Positions 28,295 through 36,077 of a stretch of 64,000 nucleotides of DNA are shown here, piece after piece. Source of the stretch: Candidatus Poseidoniaceae archaeon (lineage in GTDB: Archaea > Thermoplasmatota > Poseidoniia > Poseidoniales > Poseidoniaceae); contig CASIBY010000001.1 in assembly GCA_949373095.1 (NCBI GenBank), positions 68,882-132,881 of the forward strand, read 5' to 3'. Numbering within the stretch: the stretch's first letter is position 1; each line of letters starts with the position of its first letter. The notes beneath the pieces are model-generated. The model ran no database searches and was not told where the DNA came from. It was given only the letters and a program-made list of their open reading frames with translations. Made by a program: the position numbers and the translations under genes.

Positions 28295-29800
28295 TTATTG
28301 TACGGTCCAAATACCGTTCTGCTGAGTGAGATTTCCTTCTTCTTGGTGAGCGAGAAGGTGAGATAATGTTTGGTCAATTGCAAGGCCTGGATGGGCGTCA
28401 GGTGTATCTTCATATGCAGTTTTTGCAATTTCGTTAACGGATGATTGGCCGGCAATTACGGCATCTAAAACGCGCTGATGCCGAGCGCTCCGGTGATCTA
28501 TGTACCGTTGAATGGTTTGTTCTGGTAGGGCAATCACTGGGCCGTGACTGGGGAATATCAGATGCGGCTTTGCTTCCTTGAGTCGCTTTAGTTGAGAGAT
28601 GTACTCATTCATATTACCTGTTTGAGGTGGGATGAGTATGGTTCCGATTCCGGCGACCATATCCCCTGCGATCAATCCTGCATCTCCGAGTAGACAAATA
28701 TGGCCGGGATGATGGCCTGGAGTTATGAGTACCTCCCAGCATTGTTCTCCGAGTTGAAGTTCATCTCCATCAGAGAGAATACGGTCGCATGGGACGCTTT
28801 GAGAAGTATATTCACTGCCCCAAATAGGAGCATCAATTGCTTCGCGAAGCAAACCTATGTCAGCAAGATGGTCGGCGTGGCTGTGTGTGAAAATGACAGC
28901 CACGAGGGTGCCCTTGTGTCGGTCGATGGCCGTTGCCAAAGATTCCATGTCCTCTCGCATGCGAACAGCAGGGTCTACCAGGACATAATCGCCTTCGGGG
29001 TCCCCTACCATGTAGGCGTTGGTATGGTCGGCTGGCGGTAACGTTGCAGTTTTGATCGGGATGACTTCGACACCGTGGGCAAATAGGATTGACCGGCGCC
29101 CTGGAAGTCTCAAAGCAATGTCATCTGCTGCCTTTTCCATGTCCCGGTCAAATCGGTCAAGTGTCCGTTCAATTTCCATCAGAAGCGTGACTACGGGTGG
29201 AGCCACTTTCATCTCGTAAGAACGCCATTTTGAAAGAATATCCAGAGGTCGTGCCCATTTGACTTCGGTAAATTCGGTTTGAGGTTCTAAATCAATTTCA
29301 GGCATCTGATTTGATGAACCAGCGTGGAAATGGAGGAATGCGTTGTCAAATTGGACAGGTCCAAAGGGAGGCGTAATCCGGTGGCTGAGTACCTTGATGT
29401 TCTCCCTTGACACAGGGAAGGCGGCGTTCATGGCCATTGGGAGCCAGTTCTTTTTGTCACTGACAATCTCTAGTCTTGCTTCTAAAGGAACTGCGATTAA
29501 TCCGTTTGTAGCAGGTACGAGGCCAAGTTCCTCACTCATCTCTCTCAAAATACAAGCGATTGTTGTTGCTTCTCTCCCTTCGAGTTGTGGAAATGACTCC
29601 ACTGCTTTAGTGTCTACAGACGATACGCCTCCACCTGGAAAAGCCCAGTAATTGGGAAAGGCTCTCATGGTTATGGAACGCTTACCCAGGAGTACTTCAA
29701 CGCCTTCGGGGCCATCTCGGGTGAGGGTCATTGTCGCCGTTGGACGCGCAGAGCGACGTGAAGCGGGAGCAAAGTTGACACCTTCAGGTACTTCACTCAT
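28295..29800 (-). CDS. Nudix hydrolase - metallo-beta-lactamase fold fusion protein
   Basis: The N-terminal part has a Nudix box (FPGGGVS...ILREMSEELGL). The C-terminal part has MBL motifs FTHSHADHL, TPGHHPGH and a conserved late His (FPSHGP). Confidence 0.8.
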   Translation of the reverse strand: MSEVPEGVNFAPASRRSARPTATMTLTRDGPEGVEVLLGKRSITMRAFPNYWAFPGGGVSSVDTKAVESFPQLEGREATTIACILREMSEELGLVPATNGLIAVPLEARLEIVSDKKNWLPMAMNAAFPVSRENIKVLSHRITPPFGPVQFDNAFLHFHAGSSNQMPEIDLEPQTEFTEVKWARPLDILSKWRSYEMKVAPPVVTLLMEIERTLDRFDRDMEKAADDIALRLPGRRSILFAHGVEVIPIKTATLPPADHTNAYMVGDPEGDYVLVDPAVRMREDMESLATAIDRHKGTLVAVIFTHSHADHLADIGLLREAIDAPIWGSEYTSQSVPCDRILSDGDELQLGEQCWEVLITPGHHPGHICLLGDAGLIAGDMVAGIGTILIPPQTGNMNEYISQLKRLKEAKPHLIFPSHGPVIALPEQTIQRYIDHRSARHQRVLDAVIAGQSSVNEIAKTAYEDTPDAHPGLAIDQTLSHLLAHQEEGNLTQQNGIWTVQ

Positions 29801-29842
29801 GAAGGGGCCTTGAGCGGCTTACCTTCAAGGCTTGCGTATCGT

Positions 29843-32569
29843 TCATGCTTCTTGGCGGCGAATGAAAGCTGCACCAAGCAGTGAAAGCGTGGCGAGCATA
29901 CCTGTGAATCCTGGCAGAGACGGATTTTCATCGCTGTAGGCGTCGGCTGAGGAAGAGTAGAGCCGAACGGTGTTCCATGATTCTTCAACTCCACCGTTAT
30001 TGGAAATGTAGATCATATCGCCGTCAGAGAGTGTTCCCGAATCATCAGCATCAACAAAGAAAATGTATTGGCCATCTTCAGCCATAGCATCCATGTAATC
30101 CTCATCACGCAAATCCGTTTCAGAGGTCATGGCATCTTTGATTCCATTTATCGCCCCACCATCAACCTCTTCACAGGTACGAACTTCAGTTCCATCGTCA
30201 TCATAGTCGCTATCACAGTATGAAAGAACGATTGAAAAGTCCTCAGCGGCTCCTTCAAACAAGAACGGAGCATCTCCTGCCATGATGGTATAAACTGACA
30301 TATCGCCATTGTTTCCATTTTCATCATAGAAGCAAACATGCTCGCTGTATCTTCCGGTCATGGTGTCGTTGGAATCATAGGCCATGGCGATAATAATGTG
30401 ACATTGGTCTTCATAGGAATAGCCTTCAAGATCAGCCTGTTCTTCAAGCATGGTAATGCCGTAAAATACACTAAATACACCATCCTCATCATATGAGAAG
30501 GTCTCTTCTCCCATTGAATGGAGAAACTTAACATTCGGGTTTTCGTTTGTGTAGTATTCCTCTTCTAAGACAATACCAAACTCAACTTTGTCGAATGATT
30601 CAATGTCCTCATAGACGGAGAACTTGAATCCTGTGGTTTCCCAAGTGATTTCGTCGTAAACAGAGGAGAAACTGTGATTTTGCATCATCGAATCAGATTC
30701 GTCACTTCCGTCAGAACAATCCAACATTCCATCGTTCCACTGGCTGCTGTTGATCAATTCCCCCGTGTCGCACTCAAACATGTCTTCGGCAGTGATGAGA
30801 AGTATTGAACCTGTAACGTTGTCATACTGATAGAGCACCCCTCCATAGCCGCTAAAACCGGGGTCGAGTTCGAACGCTTGAGAGTCAGATTGGGTGATTA
30901 CGATGGATTCCGTGCAAAGGGAGGTGTTCATGGTGCTGTCGTAGGTTCCACCGTTTTCGGTACAATCCTCCGCCGATTCTGAATCCAGGGCGTACGTTAC
31001 GGTCATGTTCATTCCGTCATGAGCCACCGATGAAGCAACACCATTGAAGATATCGTTAATGAAGAATTCTAGAGGTAGATTAAATGTCTCGTTCTCCGCG
31101 AAAATGTGTCCATCCATCACCTCTGTATCACACAGCGATGTGTCAAGAGATGTATCGTTCCAAACTTCCATCACGCTGCTGTTTCCAATCATTGTAGCGT
31201 CAACACCTTCCATGCAAACATAGAGGGTGAGGAATACTGGGCCGCCATCTTCGTCGTTTGTCATGGATTCAAAACTGTTTCTGGACCAATCCTGTTCAAC
31301 CGTGAATGGAAGTGCTTCAGTTGAAGCATAACTCGACATGTCGGCTTCAAGAATTGCAGTCATTTCCTCGAGTGTGTGGAGTGTGAATGTGCCGGATTCA
31401 TCGTTTGCATCAATATCAACTTGAATGCTTCTCATCTCGAAAAGGGCGTTGACGGTAATGGTCACTGTGTGGATTTCGCTATCAAACACCGTCATTTCAG
31501 CACTGAATGCGAACGTGGAAACAGCGTCCATGGGGTTCATGAGAAGAGAGAAGTTAGCCGACGAAAAGTCGTATGCGGACAGGTCAATACCTGTTTCAGC
31601 ATCCCCGTTTTCATCAGAACCATCCTCGTCCATTCCATTTTCATCAGACCCATCTGAACAATCCTGTTCGCCATCGTTGACCCAATCAAAGGGTATTTCA
31701 TCACCGTTGTCGCAAATGAACACTTCATCCTCGCCCGTGTCCTCATCCATTTCTTCAAAGATGAGGTCAACGGATAAAATAAACGAGTTCAATTCATCTA
31801 CAGTGAGTTCACCAGACTGGTCATCGTCTGCCTCCACGTAAGCTGATTTGAGTGCCTCATACATTTCCTCTGTACCCTCAGTACCAACTTCCTCAAGGTA
31901 TGCAAAGAATTCCTCAAGACTCATGGAATCGCTGTTGTCAGAATCTGCAACTTGGAGAAGTCCCTCCGGTTCAGTGCCCGGCTCAGCGTCCTCATTGCTG
32001 CTGTCTTCTCTACCCGAAGTTTCGTCATCCTGCATGTCATCATCGTCCATGATGCTAATCATCACATCTTCATAGGAAGTTGCGCTGGTCATGGAAAATT
32101 TCTCCCCGTTGTAATCAACGTAGATCATGGTGCCGTCCGTGGTGGGTTGCACCCACCACTTTTCTTCAAACGTCATCATTGCGCCGAGGTCAACAGATGA
32201 TTCGAAATAGACTCCTTCAGGACTAATGATGGCCGTTTCTAATACGTCTGCATCCATCATCTCACCTTCTACGTTCATTGGTCCGGACCATGTGTCGGTG
32301 TACCCTGCTGTTTCTCCCGCAGCGGGACCTTCATCCATGAGCTTGATGAAGTCGTTTACGGCCTGAATTAAAATTTCCTCAGATAAACAAGCGAGATCAT
32401 TTCCTGCACTTTCGTTGTAGTTGTATGCCGTTTCATCGTTACACCCAGGGATGATTTCTTCAATTACACCGGCCACTGAATCTTCGGTAGGTTCTGTGCA
32501 TCCTGCTAGGAGGAGTAGAGCGGTCATCAAGAAAGCAAGTGTTTTGTGCATAAACAATCCTACGACCAT
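29843..32569 (-). CDS. very acidic surface protein with N-terminal lipobox, EF-hand-like and LDL-receptor-class-A-like Ca motifs, and PGF-CTERM sorting signal
   Basis: 908 aa. N-terminus MHKTLAFLMTALLLLAGC. Two C-x-G-x-I-x4-W-x-DG-x2-DCSDGSDE modules (CDNGDEIPFDWVNDGEQDCSDGSDE, CDTGELINSSQWNDGMLDCSDGSDE). EF-hand-like loops DSDNSDSMSLEEF and DDDQSGELTVDEL. C-terminus PGFTGMLATLSLLGAAFIRRQEA. Confidence 0.85.
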   Translation of the reverse strand: MVVGLFMHKTLAFLMTALLLLAGCTEPTEDSVAGVIEEIIPGCNDETAYNYNESAGNDLACLSEEILIQAVNDFIKLMDEGPAAGETAGYTDTWSGPMNVEGEMMDADVLETAIISPEGVYFESSVDLGAMMTFEEKWWVQPTTDGTMIYVDYNGEKFSMTSATSYEDVMISIMDDDDMQDDETSGREDSSNEDAEPGTEPEGLLQVADSDNSDSMSLEEFFAYLEEVGTEGTEEMYEALKSAYVEADDDQSGELTVDELNSFILSVDLIFEEMDEDTGEDEVFICDNGDEIPFDWVNDGEQDCSDGSDENGMDEDGSDENGDAETGIDLSAYDFSSANFSLLMNPMDAVSTFAFSAEMTVFDSEIHTVTITVNALFEMRSIQVDIDANDESGTFTLHTLEEMTAILEADMSSYASTEALPFTVEQDWSRNSFESMTNDEDGGPVFLTLYVCMEGVDATMIGNSSVMEVWNDTSLDTSLCDTEVMDGHIFAENETFNLPLEFFINDIFNGVASSVAHDGMNMTVTYALDSESAEDCTENGGTYDSTMNTSLCTESIVITQSDSQAFELDPGFSGYGGVLYQYDNVTGSILLITAEDMFECDTGELINSSQWNDGMLDCSDGSDESDSMMQNHSFSSVYDEITWETTGFKFSVYEDIESFDKVEFGIVLEEEYYTNENPNVKFLHSMGEETFSYDEDGVFSVFYGITMLEEQADLEGYSYEDQCHIIIAMAYDSNDTMTGRYSEHVCFYDENGNNGDMSVYTIMAGDAPFLFEGAAEDFSIVLSYCDSDYDDDGTEVRTCEEVDGGAINGIKDAMTSETDLRDEDYMDAMAEDGQYIFFVDADDSGTLSDGDMIYISNNGGVEESWNTVRLYSSSADAYSDENPSLPGFTGMLATLSLLGAAFIRRQEA

Positions 32570-32651
32570 GGGTATATCAACGTTTTACCTTCGCTAACTT
32601 TTCACTCTTGGCCTCCGAGGGTAAAAATAGGGCGGATGGTACCGAGAGGTC

Positions 32652-32840
32652 ATGAGTCATGAATCGGTAGAGGAGCATTTGGCTGAGATGGCTGACCTCA
32701 TCGAGCAAGCAGAAGCGATGGGAATTGACCTCTGGCCAGAAACTAAACCGGCTCGTCCTTGGGCAAAGTATGCGCTTGCTTCCTTCATGGCGGTCATGAT
32801 GCTCTCTTGGGTTTCAAAAGTTCTTTTCCGCTTCGTTTGA
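32652..32840 (+). CDS. small tail-anchored membrane protein (hypothetical)
   Basis: 62 aa, ATG preceded by GAGAGG. Acidic helix followed by one TM (YALASFMAVMMLSWVSKVLF). Confidence 0.4.
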   Translation: MSHESVEEHLAEMADLIEQAEAMGIDLWPETKPARPWAKYALASFMAVMMLSWVSKVLFRFV

Positions 32841-32896
32841 GCCAAGGACATCCTCACCGTTGATTTCAAGAAGGACTCGTTCTTGGCCAAGAATAC

Positions 32897-32969
32897 AGTC
32901 CCTTAGTGTAGCGGTCCATCATGGAGGATTCTGGTTCCTCCGACCTCGGTTCAAATCCGAGAGGGACTA
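32897..32969 (+). tRNA. tRNA-Gln (CTG), no encoded CCA
   Basis: AGTCCCT TA GTGT AGCGGTCCA TCAT G GAGGA TTCTGGT TCCTC CGAC CTCGG TTCAAAT CCGAG AGGGACT A. Cloverleaf with an A1:U72 pair, as in archaeal tRNA-Gln. Anticodon CUG. Confidence 0.9.
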
Positions 32970-33079
32970 TCCGCAAAAGTCGTTTTAAGGGCGTGAAGCG
33001 TACCTTTGCCCATTTTTAGGGCATACGAAAACCTATAAGGGGGGTGCTTTTAGGGTGGCCTAAACCGGTAGGTCATAAC

Positions 33080-35194
33080 ATGAAAACACGAACTTTGAAA
33101 TCAACGATACTTGTATTCTTAATCGCCACAGCATCCCTCGCGGGATGTCTTGGTTCAGAAGACGAAAATGAAAGCCCAAATTTAGAAGATTTTGTCATCG
33201 CATATAGCATCAAAGATGATTATACAAACGTTGATGAAAACCCTCAACGTCTTGCCGATTATATGAGTGAAGAACTCAACATGGATGTTTCTCTATATCC
33301 TATTGATTCTGAAGGAGCAGCGCTACAAGCACTCCGTTTTGGCAATGCTGACATTGCTTTCATGGATGGCGGTGCAGCCTGGGTTGGCTGGCAACAATAT
33401 GGATTGGATGCAATTGCAGCCGACCAAAAATCGGATGGACGCGCGTATTACAGTGCTCATGCAGTAGTTCTCAAGGACTCTGAAATTGCTGCCGCACACC
33501 TTGACGATGATCCTACAACCGACCCGTTTTCCCTCATGGCGGGTAAGACTTCCTGCCATACTGGGTGGCTCAAGTCAGCAGGGATGCTTCTTCCAATGGG
33601 CTTCCTTATTGGAAACGGCTACGCCAATGTAATTGGTGATGCAAATGATGTTGAATCTCTGCGTTCGACCATCACAAATTTCTTCAGTGAGGATTCAAGT
33701 ATTCCTGATTCAGGAACACCTTATTACTCCTACAACGGGGCCGTTAAGTGCCTTTCTGAAGGCGTAGGAGATGTAGCATTCGCTAAGGATTCAACTATCT
33801 CCTCCTATTGTGGAAACGACGATGCTAGCACTAACGAAGCATGGTGCCTTCCGGAATCCGATTACATCTTGTTGCCATCATACGGCAACGCTCCATCTCA
33901 TCCTGTGATGTACAACCCTGCAACTAGTGACGCTGCCACAATGACCCTTGTTCAAGAGGCACTTGTCGCCATGAAGGATACATCTGAAGGTCTCTCTATT
34001 CTCACAGATGTTCTCAATACTCCAGCTATATCCTCAACGAATGCTTCACAACATCTTGCTTCTTACGGTAATTTGATTGAAGATGTTCCAGGGATTTCGG
34101 CATACTACGATACCAAGTTCACCATCAACGACTCTGTCGAGCCTACAATTTCTAACATCCGCATCGCTTTTGAAATGAAGGACGATTACGAAAACCCTGC
34201 GGAGAATCCTCAAGTTTTGGCCGATTTCATTGCCGAACAAACAGGAGTCACTGTGACCCTTTACCCAGTCACTTCTGAAGGAGCGATTATCGAGGCATTA
34301 CGATTTGGTAACGCAGACATCGCCTTCATGGACGGTGGAGCAGCTTGGGTTGGATGGAAAGAATACGGGCTAGCAGCCATGGCTGCCGACTTGAAGTCTG
34401 ACGGCCGCACTCATTATGATGCACACGCCGTAGTTCTCAACGGCTCCGACATCGCCAATGCTTACCTGGATGATGATGCATCAACCGATCCTTTCGCTAT
34501 GATGGAAGGTAAGACTTCATGCCACACAGGTTGGCTCAAGTCGGCGGGTATGCTTCTGCCAATGGGTCATCTGATTTCACAAGGCTATGCACCAGTTGTC
34601 GGGCCACAAGAAGACATTGAATCTCTCCGCAACACCATCACTTCGTTCTTTAATGAGAATGCGAGCATCCCTGAATCAGGTACGCCCTACTATTCCTACT
34701 CCGGAGCAGTGAAGTGCTTGACAGAAGGTGTTGGCGATGTTGCATTTGCTAAGGATTCAACCGTTGCTTCATACTGTGGTAACCAAGAAGCTACCGATAA
34801 CGCAGATTGGTGCCTTCCTGAGTCGGAATACATCCTTCTGCCTTCCTATGGCTCTGCACCATCCCATCCGGTAATGTACAATCCAGCAACGCTTGACGTC
34901 CAAACACGGACGGCAATTCTCAATGCTATGTTGGCATTGAACACTGAGATGTATGTGGAAGATTACCCAATGCAAGGGCAAAACTTCACCGGTTGTTACT
35001 CGATGGTTTCTCACCAAGTGGATTCGACCTCACCTCAGGCGGCATGTGGCGATCAAATCTTGTCAAATGTGCTCAACACACCTGGCTTGGTTGAAGTGAA
35101 TTCCCAAGAGCATCTTGGTAGTTACAGCAGCCTCATCAGTGCAATCCCGGGAATCTCAACGTACTTTGACTCAAAGTACGACATTGCGGAGTGA
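33080..35194 (+). CDS. bilobal transferrin-family lipoprotein (ABC-transporter substrate-binding protein, putative Fe3+ binding)
   Basis: ATG at 33080, lipobox LIATASLAGC. Two homologous halves each contain FMDGGAAWVG, Y(Y/H)..HAVVL, GKTSCHTGWLKSAGMLLPMG, YYSYxGAVKCLxEGVGDVAFAKDST and APSHPVM. These match the hallmark blocks of transferrin lobes, including the Asp/Tyr/Tyr/His iron ligands. Confidence 0.85.
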   Translation: MKTRTLKSTILVFLIATASLAGCLGSEDENESPNLEDFVIAYSIKDDYTNVDENPQRLADYMSEELNMDVSLYPIDSEGAALQALRFGNADIAFMDGGAAWVGWQQYGLDAIAADQKSDGRAYYSAHAVVLKDSEIAAAHLDDDPTTDPFSLMAGKTSCHTGWLKSAGMLLPMGFLIGNGYANVIGDANDVESLRSTITNFFSEDSSIPDSGTPYYSYNGAVKCLSEGVGDVAFAKDSTISSYCGNDDASTNEAWCLPESDYILLPSYGNAPSHPVMYNPATSDAATMTLVQEALVAMKDTSEGLSILTDVLNTPAISSTNASQHLASYGNLIEDVPGISAYYDTKFTINDSVEPTISNIRIAFEMKDDYENPAENPQVLADFIAEQTGVTVTLYPVTSEGAIIEALRFGNADIAFMDGGAAWVGWKEYGLAAMAADLKSDGRTHYDAHAVVLNGSDIANAYLDDDASTDPFAMMEGKTSCHTGWLKSAGMLLPMGHLISQGYAPVVGPQEDIESLRNTITSFFNENASIPESGTPYYSYSGAVKCLTEGVGDVAFAKDSTVASYCGNQEATDNADWCLPESEYILLPSYGSAPSHPVMYNPATLDVQTRTAILNAMLALNTEMYVEDYPMQGQNFTGCYSMVSHQVDSTSPQAACGDQILSNVLNTPGLVEVNSQEHLGSYSSLISAIPGISTYFDSKYDIAE
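33184..35110 (+). repeat. intragenic tandem duplication (two ~320-codon lobes, roughly two-thirds identical at protein level)
   Basis: Lobe 1 starts at NLEDFVIAYSIKDDYTNVDENPQRLADYM (~33184). Lobe 2 starts at ISNIRIAFEMKDDYENPAENPQVLADFI (~34147). Long identical stretches are shared (ALRFGNADIAFMDGGAAWVGW, GKTSCHTGWLKSAGMLLPMG, GVGDVAFAKDST, ILLPSYG.APSHPVMYNPAT). Confidence 0.85.
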
Positions 35195-35387
35195 AATTCA
35201 CTTAGTCTTCCTGACTGAAACCGCTGGCGGAGTGATTCGTTCACCACACCCAATAGAAGGGGTCACTCCGTTAGCACCCAGGAGCTAACATGGCTGTTCG
35301 CAGTAGTTTCTAGACTTGGAGATGTCGTACATTGAATGTCCAACCGTTTGAAAAAGACCCGCTCGCAGGGGTGGTTGAGGGGATGCT

Positions 35388-36077
35388 ATGAGCGACACTG
35401 CCATCTTATCCCTGGAAGGGCTTGTCATCGGGTACGATGACCCGCTTGTAGAGCCAATTTCACTTGAAGTAAAACCAGGTGAAATCGTAGCTATTCTCGG
35501 CCCATCCGGTATTGGGAAAACCACATTGATTCGCACTATTGCCGGCCTTGTTCGACCTCTTGGGGGCTCATTTGAACTGAATGTTGAACGCCGAGGAGGT
35601 CTTGGGTATATCCCTCAGCGCCTCGGTCTCATTCGACATGCAACCGTTGCTCACAATGTTTCGCTGGGTGCCCGAATGCGGGTCAAATGGTCACTTGACA
35701 TGTTCAAAGAACGGAAGGAGCGAACATTCGAAGCAATTCGTACCCTCGGAATTGAAGACAAGGCCTCAGAACCTGTTCGGCGCCTCTCCGGAGGTCAACA
35801 ACGTAGAGTGGCTACAGCAAAAACGCTGGCCCAGCGTCCACAGTTAATGCTTGCAGATGAGTTTCTTGGAGAGTTAGACCAAACGAATGTTGACATTGTC
35901 CTTGGGGCAGTCCAAGATTTAGTCCAGAGTGGAACCGCCGTGATCATGGTAGAACACCACGAAGATAATGCCAAAAATTTCGCAACACGGATTTGGGAAA
36001 TCAAGGGTCAACGTTTCATTGATCTACCGATTGATGAGTGGGTCAAGTATCATTCTGAGAAGGAGGAAGAGGAATGA
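35388..36077 (+). CDS. ABC transporter ATP-binding protein (PhnC-like)
   Basis: Walker A GPSGIGKTT, Q-loop, signature LSGGQQRRV, Walker B LMLADEFLGELD, H-loop VEHH. Confidence 0.9.
   Translation: MSDTAILSLEGLVIGYDDPLVEPISLEVKPGEIVAILGPSGIGKTTLIRTIAGLVRPLGGSFELNVERRGGLGYIPQRLGLIRHATVAHNVSLGARMRVKWSLDMFKERKERTFEAIRTLGIEDKASEPVRRLSGGQQRRVATAKTLAQRPQLMLADEFLGELDQTNVDIVLGAVQDLVQSGTAVIMVEHHEDNAKNFATRIWEIKGQRFIDLPIDEWVKYHSEKEEEE
36060..36073 (+). promoter_or_regulatory. Shine-Dalgarno cassette AAGGAGGAAGAGGA at a coupled ATGA junction
   Basis: Encodes ..KEEEE* of the ATPase. GGAGG lies 7 nt before the permease ATG at 36074, and that ATG overlaps the TGA. Confidence 0.6.

Noticed and set aside
18631-32969. 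Idea that the segment between tRNA-Phe and tRNA-Gln is an integrated island.
   Set aside because: I noticed no integrase, recombinase or phage/plasmid genes and no duplicated tRNA 3' fragment. The content is housekeeping plus surface proteins like the rest of the window. A compositional test was not possible by eye.
32970-33079. Three TTTTA(A)GGG-like boxes upstream of the transferrin-like gene as a candidate regulator site.
   Set aside because: They are short, A/T-rich and degenerate. They are equally explained as ordinary archaeal TATA/BRE-like promoter sequence, with not enough evidence for a specific operator.
35285-35536. 83-aa minus-strand ORF (..FPIPDGPRIATISPG..) overlapping the ABC ATPase start.
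   Set aside because: This is the classic antisense reading of a Walker A region (GPSGIGKTT). It overlaps a confidently assigned gene.
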